From Eledone cirrhosa (lineage: Eukaryota), in contig OZ024741.1 of assembly GCA_964016885.1 (NCBI GenBank), positions 346,642,001 through 346,706,000 of the forward strand: a stretch of 64,000 bases of DNA. Direction: 5' to 3'. The notes under the pieces were generated by a model, which saw only the letters and a list, made by a program, of their open reading frames with translations, was not told the origin of the DNA and ran no database searches. The position numbers were made by a program, and so were the translations under genes. Below, piece after piece: positions 1 to 13,529 of the stretch; the stretch's first letter is position 1, and the number at the start of each line of letters is the position of its first letter.

Positions 1-844
1 GCAATGCTTGTTTCAAGGTATGCGACGATATAGAGCATGTCTACATATCCGTACATGTGTGACCATTTTGACACAGTCTACATATTAGCCTTCGTTTCTG
101 TCCACTCGCTTACAGTCAGCTCCCGTACTATTGCTTCCAGGTATATTTCGCGTAGACTTCCTTTGCACTCATACATTTTCTTTTTTTTGTCAATTCATTG
201 TAATGACTCATTGAAATTCTACCCCTTTAAAGTTGTTTCTACTTTGTGGGTAATTTCCTCCCATTTTCTGTAATTTCTCGTCATTGTCCTCCTTCATATT
301 GCCTTTCTTACTTTGATAAACATTACTATGAATGCTTTAACAAATACACACATACATTTGTACAGATATAGATTATATGCATATACATGCACATAGAGAC
401 AGACTCATAAAAAAATATGCACGCATATACATACGTACATATACGTAGGCATATACATTTTCCCTGGAAAGTGCATACATACTGACTCTCTCAAAAGTTG
501 CAGAGAGACAGAATCATTGATTAACAGTGACAACAACAAATCTAAAATCAAACACGTCAAGAACTACAACAACAATGGCAAAAATATAGTAACAACAACA
601 TAAAGATAACAACGACAATGACAACGTCGAGGACAACATACATGAAAAAACATAAAATCATTGACAATATTAGAAAGATTACTAGCTCAAACTAAACAAA
701 GCACAAAACATCTGCCTGTCAGTTATAAATTTTTAACTGTAAAATGTCACCTATACAATAGTTCTGAATAAGATTACCACTTGTCGAATGTTTCCAGTGA
801 TTTCCTATATATTTCCATAGTAATTCTATAGTACACACACACAC

Positions 845-1232
<388 letters not shown>

Positions 1233-1700
1233 GGTGGATATGTAGTTACGTTTTTACTGATTTACCAGTTTCCATATGTTTTTCTTTGCATCAATACAAC
1301 AAATATCCAATGGGGGAGAACTTTCTTTTATATTATTTATTTCCTTTGATTTTTGAATATTACATACATATCAACGAAGACCTACACCCATATGTTTGTG
1401 TATAACATATATTTAATTATTTATTTGCTTATTCAGTTAGTTATATATGTGGATGCATGTGTGTACCACACACATCTGGATGCATGTGTATGTGTATGTA
1501 CCAGCACATTATTGGACCACTTATTTTCTTGAGCTAAGGGGACTAGAGCAATGTCAAAAACAATGTACGTTGGCGGGAATCAATGACAATAAAATACAAC
1601 TCGCTAAACCGCATTCTACCCGAGTAAACACATACATAAATGTATGTACCCGTGTGCATAGCTTTATACACACACACACACACGCATATATATATATATA

Positions 1701-3480
1701 ATTCTTCTTCTTCTTCTTCTTCTTCTTCTTCTTCTTCTTCTTCTTCTTCTTCTTCTTCTTCTTCTTCTTCTTCTTCTTCACCAAATTATCTACGAGAATG
1801 TCGTGGGCACAGAGTTCTCAAACATGACTTCCAACGTGAGCTGTCAGGATGAACCCCTCATATTGATCCTGATGTATACCCCAGAGAAATCAACCGAGCT
1901 AATGGATGTTATCCAACTATCTTGCTACTCTATCATGTAATGTCAATCCAAAGATCCATCTCTGATGCAACTCGTTTACATCTCAGAAACTTGGAAAACT
2001 CCAGATGCGTTTTTGTTAGCAGTTATAAAGGAGGATTGCGTATTATGGAATCAGCGAATGATCCGCCTGAACATTTTATTTCCTGATCTGAAATCGGATT
2101 CCAGCTGGACTCTGAAGTCCTCCCATACCTTAGCTTGGGACGCCGTTCCTGACTGGATGGTTCTTCTGTTTCTGACTTGATGGTTGGAGCCAAGCTTTGT
2201 GGGCGTCCTTCTATGCTCGGATAGCATGTTTTACCACGGTGTCCTTTACCACCAAGCCGCCTTCGCCTGCAGCATTTAACAACCGAAGTAGGACCTGTCT
2301 TATCAACGTTCCTAGTTTGCTCTGGTAGTTCTCTGAATTTAGAAGCAATAGTATCCGCATACCTGGTTCTGACATTCTTATTCACCATTCTTCCCATTTT
2401 ATCCAGTCGACAGAAACATGCCAGATTTGTGGGCATCGTTGCTTTTAGGTAGTCTCCAGTTACAGATATCTAGATGATGATGATCGGTTGATACTCCCGC
2501 CTCCTTCTTAACACGAACACCTAGAACAAAATCGAAGAGATCAGAGACAGTAATAAAGACAATTATTGATCTCTGGCCCTGATACCCCTTACACCATGCA
2601 TATTTATGGATGTCTCTGAACTGGAAGAAGGTATTCATAATAAGGTGTCCATTGCTAGAACATAAATATAAAAAGCGATCACCATATCGGTATCACCCTT
2701 CGTTTCAATTACTCTTTTCCTGGTAAATGCCAACATCTGCATTGATAATCTCCTATTAGAATATAAGACTCAGTCTTACCTGAATCTGACGCTGCAGTGA
2801 CTTAATCCAGGAAGGATCTATATTCGGATTCCATGTTTGGTGCATAAGCTTTCACCACCTACAGAGAACTATCCTTCAGTCTAAGTTTCCAGAGGAAAAT
2901 CCCCACTTCTAATGGGATCCGGTTCATAACACATTCAGAGAGCCGAAGGCATGTGCAGTCATTTCTAGCATCACACCTGAATCATGGAATTTTCCACCTC
3001 ACTCCAAATCTGCATTACCACAGTCTCGGAACATTGTTGAATAAACCCCGACTATTCTTATCCGGTAGCATCTATACATTTGGGGTGCCAGGATATGAAA
3101 ACGTCGTGCGTTCATCCCACGCCTCCCAGGACATATCGCAAGCCTATCGTCATGTTTTACAACATGAAATATAGACTGCAATATATATTTTCGAACAAAC
3201 CCTTCTTCCTAAAGTCTGAACGCCTCCCTTGATATCCCATGGGATGGACGATGCGGTATGATTTTTTATGTGATCTCTCACCATATTGCGATTTTGGTGG
3301 TCTTATTAGTGCCAGTCACCAATCTGGTACTTTTCACAGAACCAAGAAGACTAAACTTTTATAGAGGTAGCCTTTACATATTGCTCTATCTCCCCTAGTA
3401 GTTTACTGCTGTTGGTCCGAGGTTGCTTAATCTCCGGCAGCTGTCTGCTGACAATGCAAATAACGATCATAGTTCTGCCG
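1701..3480 (-). mobile_element. Decayed RTE-like LINE with APE endonuclease remnants and (GAA)n 3' tail
   Basis: Minus-strand fragments 'NTFFQFRDIHKYAW...QRSIIVFI...TDHH' and 'YAPN' resemble an APE endonuclease. The (TTC)n at 1702-1779 reads as a (GAA)n tail. Many stops and frameshifts. Confidence 0.7.
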
Positions 3481-3506
3481 ATGAAGAAATATATATATAT
3501 ATAAAT

Positions 3507-4152
3507 AATATATAGAGGGGAAAGACACAGAAGAGTTTGTTTTTCTTTACAGGAATTTCAATCCACCAGCCTGAAGAGAATATAAGCTAATATAAGCTAA
3601 TAGAGGCATAGGTAAAACATTATAATTAAAAGTATAAATTAAAATGGGAAACCAACCTCATACCTAGATCACACATGCACAAACTCACCAGGAGATTGTT
3701 TCGCCATGTAAGTGGGTTCTAATTCGGCCCTGTGGGTCATCAGCATGTGGAGAGACCGATATTGTCCGCACTACTAGAGAGAGAGAGAACTAAAGTAAAC
3801 TACCTGTCGCACGTGTAGATATAAGGGAAATACGTGCTCGAGGCAGCAACCGGTGGCCTGAACAGAACAAACTGCTAGAGATGGCAGTCTATACTATTCA
3901 ATTTAAGGTGGTCAACAGCAGAGAGAGCGCAAGGAGCAAATATCAAGTAAAATAACGGAGCAAAGGACTCGCGTTTAATCATGTAATTAAATGAGCTCAA
4001 AGGAAAGAGTTTTCCTGGGCACTTTAAAATACAATATATAGAGGGGAAAGGCACAGAAGAGTGTGTTTTTCTTTACAGGAATTTCAAACCACCAGCGTGA
4101 AATTCCTGTAAAGAAAAATACACTCTTCTGTGTCTTTCCTCTCTCTCTATAT
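3507..4152 (-). mobile_element. Non-coding HHR-bearing unit (~526 bp period) with terminal direct repeat and fold-back
   Basis: 3507-3570 is repeated at 4033-4097, and 4098-4150 is an inverted copy. Flanked by TA runs. Confidence 0.7.
3672..3749 (-). ncRNA. Type I hammerhead ribozyme motif (degenerate: G17, C10.1)
   Basis: Minus strand: CACATG-CTGATGA-CCCA..26nt..TGGC-GAAA-CAATCTC ctggt GAGTTTG-TG-CATGTG. Confidence 0.7.
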
Positions 4153-7100
4153 ATATATTTATATAAATTAAAAGTCAATTGACATATATATATATATAAA
4201 ATAAACACATCAAACAATTACAGGCGATAATTAGTATTACTTGGAATCTTTGAGCTTATTACACAAGTGATATGGCGCATGCTTCTGATATTCTCAGACA
4301 TGGCATCTTTAATTTAATTTGAGAATAATTATACTACGGAATGTAGGCACTTAGAATATATTCAATGTGCTTCGATAGTGATGACATCTCGAGTCCATTA
4401 AATTAATTTAGAAGAAGTATACGAGAAAAATCTAAATATATAGGCTTAAGATTCAATAGATTGCGTGTGCAAATCAACGCATCATATTTATGGTTTTACT
4501 CCAAGATTACTGTAGTCAATTAAGCCAGTAGGATGAAAGGTTAATTCGACCACAGCAGAAACTGAAAGCATAACACAAAATAATAAATCTAAATAGCACG
4601 TGGATTTTTTATTAGACGTTGGTCTATGTTTTCTCATGTGACTCTCTGGACGAGTTAAATTCAGCCGAAGCATGGCTGTGTTTGAAATATTGTAATTTAA
4701 ATGCCCTTATATTTTTTGATAGTTCTAATATATTTGATTTTAAAAAGCTATTTATACAAAATCAAAACAGAAAGGAAAAGCGAATGGAAAGTAGAAAAAG
4801 AAAAAAAAATCAAACCAGGAAAGAAAGACGAAGAGGTGAACGACACTACGCCTCATTCTTAGCAGTAGTGTAGTGAAGAAAATGTACTTGCCTTTATATT
4901 TATAATGTAGGATGTCGATGGTAGTTTTCTGTTTCATACAAGTCACAATTAATTTGACGCGGGTGAGATGGTTGTGCCTTTGCGTCTAAATTTAATCAGA
5001 AGTTTTATCCCAGTCTCCATCGGTAGCCAGATATAATTTGTCAACGGCGTTCAAATTCTTATGCTTCTTGGGGAGAACGTAGTAATATTAGTTTGTGAAT
5101 CGGGTTCTGAAAGAAATTTGGTTGAATAAATATACTTACCCAAACAAACCGGTGCAACTACATCTGTTCGTTCCGCCAGCTTCTTCAATGATTATTTATT
5201 ACTAAGGTGAAAGCCCATTGTGTTTCGATTATAGTTAGCGACAACTTCCGCAGAAATTTTGGCTTACAATACAAATATATATTTCAGATGTTGCTATATA
5301 CATGAGAAGCAGGGAAATGTACTTATCAGCGATATTAAATCTCAGTGTTCATACATTAAACTATAGTTTAAATAGAACTACGCTTTGCTTTATTTCCTCT
5401 ATCATAGTGTTGGACAAAGAATTCCTATATTTGTCATTGTCCGGATAAAAAGAGAAAAAACCTATATATCTAGTATGTGCTTGATCATGATTTAAAATAC
5501 ATTGTAACACTTATTTATCTAGTTCCCTCGTTCATTTTATGATTTGGTTAGTGGTTACTAGTGTTTCGAGACAAATATATGTCTAGAATGTTCATTGAAG
5601 TTGTGATATTATTGAAATATTATAGTCGAATTGTCTAACATTACTATTTTGTTGTTATTTTTCCGTATTAATTGTTACAAGATATAATTGTTAAAATGCG
5701 GGATGTATTCTAATTTATTTCCCGGTGTGTACGATATACATATACCGACCACGTTCAAAATTTGTGCGTTATCGTAGTTAACTATGAAAGTAAAAGCACA
5801 TCGAGTTGATTATGTAGCCAAAATGAAGCACCGTAAACTTGCAGCTATTAATTCACATATATATACATATGTTGCAATCAGTCATTATTTTACGGCGTTC
5901 TATTTAGAGGAGAATGCTTCTGCTGTGTGGTTTATAACTCTACAATATAAACTGGTCGATTCTAGTGTTAAAACATTTCCTTGTAGTGGTTCCGGCATGC
6001 TACTCAGTCAAATTCTTAATTGACGAAATTCCTATTTCTATCAAGTGAAGTATTGTTTTCTAACTATGTATTCGTCACTGTCCATTTTGTCTCTCCTATC
6101 ATGTAACATTTGCATTCTTCTCTGCAGATTTTCAGCTTTATTTAGTTAAGTATTTCAATTCATGCTACTTTATTATCTCCATTGGTAAAAAAAAAAATTG
6201 AGAAAAAATCCCAGCTTTTTGAACATTGAAATATCTGTTTTACAAAATGTCGGAATTGTCCAGCATTGAATAACTTTAATCGAAGTTTTAGACATTTAAG
6301 CTTATATTGAACTAAATATCTTCAGCAACTATTAGCCATGTTAATAATAAAATAAGAAATAAGAAAAGAATACTACAATATATATGTTCTCTTTTAAAGT
6401 AAAAGGATGGACCCAATCTTCATTTTTGTGAACCTATATTTTGCAATAATGCATTCCAAAGGGAAAAAGATCAGCACATTACTTTGATACAAGTATTTCT
6501 CTGCTACATTATGTTATGCACCCAATAAAAAGGAAAGCGAATATCGACCATAGCAATATCTTAAATTTAAAGTTAAAAAGATTTGACTAAATATTTTATA
6601 GGTTTTACCAGGTAATTTCGCAATTTTGCCAATTCCCCATAATTGCATATGCACACATACTGATTTATTTCTTCGGGCAAAGTACCAGAAACGCTTGGAG
6701 AGAGAATATACAATTATATTTCTTGCAACAGTATTGAACTAGTTCATTTTAATATCCAAAAAGAACGAAAACTACATTTTAACTCGACAGATTTGAATGT
6801 ACATTAAGCTAGTTTAACGCATATAGAATTTTGTATACTGTTTTCCTGATATAAGCCAATGCATCACCATCATATATGTTATAATATTGATTTATTAAAT
6901 TGGGGGGGAAAAAGCCCTTCTTTTAGTCAGCTATAGCAGCTACGCTGTCATTGGGTTATATCTTATAAACAGGTGGATAAATCGCAATGTTGATCTCGAG
7001 GATAATGGCAACTCAATCTGTCCGACGATTATGCTAGCGAATAACTTAATTTGCAAGTTTCATTTCTAGCTTAGATAAAACACCTAAATATTAGTGGAAG

Positions 7101-7965
7101 GTATAGATTCGATTTAAACATCCTATTACTCTATTGGTATCGGTTGTATCGACACTAGGAATGTTGAAATCTAATTCAACCTCAAAAGCATTTCCACTAA
7201 GAAGATATAGGGTCGTAAATATATATCACGACACATTTTGCCCGTTGCTATAGTGAATCTACCAATACTGCGATGTTATACGTTGAAATATTAACATCCC
7301 TAAAATATTTAATAATCATTAACACGATATTGCTGATGTTAATACCCCGATTGTATTTACGCTATGGCTTCTAGTTAGATTGATGTAAAGAATAAGCCGA
7401 ACGGTTTTGTACGAGGCATTATAAATCCCTTTATGCTTCGCTTTCGTTTACAATACATTAACATTGATTGTTAACATAGACACAGCACCACACCTATTAA
7501 TTTGACGTTTATGTCATCTATGAAACTTGACTTGTCCTTATATTAAGTTATATTACTTGAGGCAGCGAATTTGTACTGTCATTAATCTGTTGTCAAGCGC
7601 TATTTCTTCTAGCTTTCTATGTTTTCATATTAAATCTAAACCAGATCAATTTTAAATTTCATTTATTTCTGGCACGGAGCATATCTTGCTCTCTCTTTCT
7701 TTCTCTTGGATTTTTATACGATGTGCCACGAAAACGTTCTTGAGAGACAAAAGACAGCATCCTTTTCCCGCAGGTATATGGGGGCGGGGTTGATCAATGG
7801 TTTAGCAGACTGCATTTGGATTGAGAGTAAATATTACTTTTATTCAAAATCTGATATCTTCCTGAGAGCTGTATAGTATATTACAATAAAGAAATAACGA
7901 AAAATAATATCAGTGATTGGTATATAAATAAAATTCACCTTCGTCACCTTTTTTACCATACAAGA

Positions 7966-8152
7966 AATAATTCTTTCTACTTTAGGCACAAGGCTAGCAA
8001 TTACTCAGTGCATTACTGGTACTTTATTTTATCGACCCCGTAAGGATGAAAGGCAAAGTCAACCTCGGCGGGATTTGAACTCAGATCGTAAAGGGACGTA
8101 ACTATGCTGGAAAGCATGGCGTGCGACCCTCTACCGATACTGCCAATCCACC
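7966..8152 (-). mobile_element. tRNA-derived SINE with Meta-domain-like core
   Basis: A box TGGCAGTATCGG, B box GTTCAAATCC, core GCCTTTCATCCTTACGGGGTCGATAAAAT. Target-site duplication ccatacaagaaataat on both sides. Confidence 0.85.
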
Positions 8153-8166
8153 ATACAAGAAATAAT

Positions 8167-8380
8167 GATTTCTAGTACAGGCACAAGGCCAGTAATTTTT
8201 GGGGAGGGGAAAGTCAATTAAATCGACCACTGTATGTAACTGGTGCTTTATTTTATCGACCCCCTAATGATGAAAGGCAATATTAACCTCGGCAGGATTT
8301 GAACTCAGACCGTAAAGGACCGTAACTCTATGCTGCAAAGCATGGCGCCCGACCCTCTACCGATACTGCCCATCCACCAC
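8167..8380 (-). mobile_element. Second, older copy of the same SINE family
   Basis: Same A/B boxes and core as 7966-8152. Confidence 0.8.
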
Positions 8381-9718
8381 CCTCACCGTGCAAGAAATAT
8401 TGAAAGTGATAGTCATTCTATTGTTACTGAAACGCAGAATGTAGACATATATCTCTACATATTGTAAGAAATTGAGTAGGATGCTCAACAGATTTTTTTC
8501 ACGTAATATTACTGATTTAAATTGCATAATAACAATCTTCGACATAGGAAAAAAGGCCGGGAATTCATTGGCGTGGAAGAGTCAATATCATTCCAGTATT
8601 GCCGAATATTAATGTATCGGCCACGGAAGCTTGAGATGTAGAGTTTGCATTGATTGTATTTGAATTGAGTTTGTAAATACTGGAAGACTATGTCACTAAC
8701 GCTTCTGCCAATCCAATACCACCCCTTTATATTTCTTAATAATAAAACAACCTTATGAAATATAAAACACCGTAAGATTTTTATCGATCGTAAAAGGAAA
8801 TTACCATATATGGAAGCAAAACGAAAGTAATTTTGTTGTTGACAAGGACAGTGCTTTTATTTTCAAATCAATATATGTATGTTTGCGTGAGTGTGTGAAA
8901 ATGTACGGATGTCAGCGTTTGTGTGCGTGTTAGTGTGTGCTCTCGCGCACGTATCTATTCCTGTGTTCGCAAATAGGGTTGTACATTCACCTTAGCCCAG
9001 GACTCTATTAATCACTTCAAAGTTGAGCTGTTTGTAATCTCAAGCGGCAATACTGCACAGTAAAAGGGATTTATTACAGAATTAAGAATATTACTAAATA
9101 TATATTTCATATAATTTCCTGGAAGAACAATTCTTAAAAATGTCAATGATTCTTTGGTTATTTTCGTTCATTTAAATCTCATACCTCAGTATTTTATCCA
9201 CTTTATCATACAATTTGAAATTTCTAATATAATCTTAACGCAAAAATCACGAATAAGTCCGTGTGGACATACACTCAATGATATATTGGATGTATGTATA
9301 TGTATGTATGCATTTATGTATGTATTTATGTATGTATGTATGTCTGTATGTATGTATGCATGTATGTATGTATGTATGTATGCATGTATGTATGCATGTA
9401 TGTATGTATGTGTGTGTGGGTATGTGTGCATATGTTTGTATGTGTGTATGTGTGTACGAATATATTTATTTATATGTAATATATGTGTGTATAAATGTGA
9501 TATATTGAACGTCGAAATTAAGTTTAATTGTATCAACGTGTTTAAGCCCATATGGAATTGTAAGTCTTGGAAATTCATGCTTTTACTATAATGAGATTAT
9601 ATGAACATATGTGAGGGTAGAGTGGAGAAATCCCCCTGTATGCATAATGCCAGAATTAACTCTCTTTCCTCCTCTGTCTTTATAAGCACGCACATATAGA
9701 TACACATATAGATATATG

Positions 9719-9807
<89 letters not shown>

Positions 9808-9813
<6 letters not shown>

Positions 9814-10226
9814 ATGCTTTGGGAGGGTCATGTTGCCAATAAAAAACACATGCACCAGTTGCTTTCACTTCAATTTATTATAAATTAAATTCATAAATTT
9901 AAGAATTTATAAATTTCCGGTTGGTTGGTTGCTTCCACAACCAGACGATTGTTCATATAATGTTAAAGTTCTTTCGTCACTGAAGAGGGCACAGAATGTG
10001 TGACGAAAGAACTTTGACAATATATGAACAATCGTCTGGTTGTAGAACCAACCAACCAAATGGAAATTTATAAATTCTTGAATTTATAAATTTGATTTAT
10101 AATAAATTGATGTGAAAGCATCTGGTGCGTGTGTTTCTTATTGGCAACATGACCCTCCCAAAGCATAACAATATCGGTTTCAACACACGTTTTCAGATAA
10201 AGTATCTTGCTAAACAAATTCAGAAA

Positions 10227-10230
<4 letters not shown>
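9808..10230. mobile_element. Fold-back PLE terminus (inverted pLTR plus tail) inserted in (TA)n
   Basis: 9808-9980 is the reverse complement of ~10000-10172. The tail encodes MTLPKHNNIGFNTRFQIKYLAK, homologous to 25768. Confidence 0.85.
9976..10018 (+). ncRNA. Minimal type I HHR motif
   Basis: GTCA-CTGAAGA-G-GGCACA gaatg TGTGAC-GAAA-GAAC-TT-TGAC. A decayed copy lies at 59662-59704 (-). Confidence 0.7.
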
Positions 10231-10305
<75 letters not shown>

Positions 10306-10310
<5 letters not shown>

Positions 10311-10642
10311 ATAATAATAAATTTGAAGACTAAAATCCAAAGAGGGCTCGATAAGGATAAATATATTTCAAATATATAAGAACCGTAGAGCAAATATTTA
10401 TTAAAATAACAGATTAAAGTTTAAGCAAAGAATCGCTGCTTTCACCCTTAACGGGATCTTCTGAAACTAGCAAAGTCAATCTGTGAACGCAGATGTGGAT
10501 ATTTCAAAAAATGTTGCAACCGGAGGAAGAAAGGAAGACGATACTTTGGTTCGTTGAAACGTTCCTTGGGAAAAAACGGGAAAAAAACGAATATAATACG
10601 TCATTATTTGGAGCGGTGAAAAACAATTACACGCAAAGACAA

Positions 10643-10675
<33 letters not shown>

Positions 10676-11290
10676 CGTGTATACATATAATTAAATAAAC
10701 GTATATGAATAAATAAATACATATATGACAAGCGCACAGACATACCTACATGTAAATACACATATGTTCGGAGTTACGTCAACCAAAACACAAAGTACAC
10801 ATCTACACACACCCTACATGCGTACGAACCAGCAGACTCACACATACGCAAAACTCACGTATTCACATAACCAAAATCATATGTACCAGAATATATAATA
10901 TATACGCCATAACATATACAATCAAATATAGGTACGAGAAAGTATACGTACCTTCACAAAACATATACAAATAAGTAATGGTATAAACATAACATATACT
11001 TTTGAAATATTCACTTCTGCGTTCACAGATTGACTTTGTTAGTTTCAGAAGATCCCGTTAAGGGTGAAAGCAGCGATTCTTTGCTTAAACTTTAATCTGT
11101 TATTTTAATAAATATTTGCTCTACGGTTCTTATATATTTGATATATATTTATCCTTATCGTACCCCCTTTGGATTTTAGTCTTCAAATTTATTATTATTA
11201 CTATATATATATATATGTTTCAGAAGATCCCGTTAAGGGTGAAAGCAGCGATCTTTGCTTAAACTTTAATTTGTTAATTTAATAAATATA
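10306..11290. mobile_element. 3'UTR/pLTR fragments of the PLE family at 27590-30550 in inverted arrangement
   Basis: 10306-10510 is inverted relative to 10999-11203. The interior matches 29600-29850 and 30300-30550. HHR-like copies at 10418-10468(-), 11041-11091(+) and ~11217-11264(+). Confidence 0.85.
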
Positions 11291-11295
11291 TATAT

Positions 11296-11905
11296 ATAGT
11301 GTGACGAAACATAAGTCAATTGCATGATAGCCATTGAATGGCTATGACCTCATCAGTCAGTTCTTAGATATGCCAGCTCTGTGTTCATAGTGTTGATGGT
11401 ATATATATATACATGTATGCAAAAGGTAAACGGGAATAACAAGACAAAGAACACAGTTCAATGATGAAAGATATTATTTGAAATCCCGATATAGTAGGAA
11501 AAGATTCTATCTCGTCTTTCTGTCGTACGCTTTCTTCTCTGCACATGCGTTTACGAGTATACCTATATCAGTATGTGTGCATATGTATGGGTTTGTTTAT
11601 TTCATATTTTCTATGTGTTTTCCTTTTTGCCTCATGTGAATATTTTGTATTCAGTCATTTAAGTTGTTTAAGTGTGTTACTATCACATTCTGGTTTGCTG
11701 CTGTAGTTCGGTCTTCTATTATACGTGTGGTCTACTTAGTTTATCTGACTGTTGTATCGGTCCTATGTGTAGAGAGGATCGTTATTTCTGTGTTATCTAT
11801 GGAGCTCCCATGTTATTATAGCATTGACGAGCTTTTCTATTTATCCTCTCTGTTATGCCTCTCTGTTTCTATTATATATGTAATTGTCATGTTTCTGCAC
11901 GGCCA
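11296..11905 (-). mobile_element. Decayed PLE 3' end (GIY-YIG remnant, UTR and rearranged HHR remnant)
   Basis: Minus strand 'CRNMTITYIIET' resembles 24960-25230. CTGATGA-GGTCATAGCC (-) and GTGAC-GAAA (+) half-motifs at 11300-11362. Confidence 0.55.
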
Positions 11906-12107
11906 CTTTGAGCTGAAAAAGATAATACTATCATTGTCAATATAAAAATGATTAGAAAATGTTATATATTTTAATACATTGGTTCACCTAAACATGTGTT
12001 ACATAATTATTAACTTGCAGGACTTTAGTAACATAATAATAGCTTTATAAAATTCCCCAAACCCTATATGTATGTAAGTAAATACACACACACACACATA
12101 TACATAC

Positions 12108-12145
<38 letters not shown>

Positions 12146-12182
12146 ATTAAATAAATGGAAACTATATTTATAAAACCATATT

Positions 12183-12248
12183 TATTTCATTATATATATT
12201 TCAGGGATATCATATTAACAATATGTTATGCCTTCTTCAGACAAAATA
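12183..12248 (-). ncRNA. Minimal type I HHR in the 3' pLTR
   Basis: TATTTTGT-CTGAAGA-AGGcATAaCATATT gtt AATATGaTATcCCT-GAAA-TATATA-TA/ATGAAATA, with palindromic helix III. Confidence 0.88.
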
Positions 12249-13529
12249 CAATATAAACAGTCTTATAAATAAATAGATACGACATACCTTTCAATCGACT
12301 TGCATTTGGGAGGTTGATTTGGCAGTAAAAAATATTGTGGACAGTTGTAAAAAGAAAGAGAGAAAGAAAGAAAGGAAGAAAAACCAAGAAAGAGAAGCAA
12401 TGCATGTGACTAAATAGAGAGATATAGAAAAATAGATAAAGAGAAGAACTTCATGTAAAGAAACAGAGAGAGATATATAGAGAGAGGAAAAAAGAGAGAG
12501 ATAGATAGAGATAGATAGAGAAACTAGGTAGTTGAGTATCAATTGATACATTTATTTATTTATTTATTTATTTAGCTCTAGTATTAATGTAAAGAGAGAT
12601 GTATGTAGTTAAGAGAGAAAATAGACGTTATATAGAGAGAAAAAAGAGAAAATGAAAAAGAGAAAATGAAAAATAACCAGACATAAACGAGGCAGAACTT
12701 AAAAAACGCTATGTTTCATCATGTAGAGAATATAAAACAGGCATTATAATGTAAATATCAGTATTCATGAATGAGACATGTAACTATAATGTGTGAAAAG
12801 TAATGATCTTATGTCTAGTTTTTAAAAATTCATATGTTTATATCATAATTATAAACAAACTCCCAATTCACACGAAAACATTCTCATTGTGCTATAAAAA
12901 TTCAAGTATACATATATGTGTGTATATATACACATATATATAGAGTCTATATTAATTTTAACAATACTATTCTTGTCTTTACTCTACATGATTGTCGATC
13001 AAGCAGAAATAGAGAACAGATTTCAATATATTAATAAAAATAGAAATAAAAATAAATATAAATAAAAATATCAGAGACAAGAAAATAAATAAATAAACAG
13101 AAAACTAAAACATTTAATATTAAAAATAAAAATATTACAAAATATTAAAAAATAATAAAAATAAAACATAGTATGCCACGCAAATCGGCCACAAAGATCA
13201 GCCTTTCAAAGTTAATTGACAATATATTGCCAAGTTCATCATAAGCATCAGAGTCGAAACAGATAAAACAAAATTTGTTTACCAAATCCTGTCTAGAAGA
13301 AATCATTCCAAAAGTTTAGGATACCCATTTGGTCTACATATGTTCTTATATTTAATATAGAAGTTTATCTAGTGTAAAATTTAATTCGATATATTTGGAG
13401 CATCAGCTTTTAGGGTAGTTTAATTATTTATGAAGAATGTTTTAATAAAAAGAATGTTTTAATAAAAAGAAGAAATCGAAAGATTTATCGGCTAGTTTCA
13501 TAAATAATTACAAATCAAATCAAACATAA

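Noticed and set aside
7966-8152. tRNA gene
   Set aside because: A and B boxes are present, but there is no cloverleaf and the sequence has a SINE body, TSDs and multiple copies.
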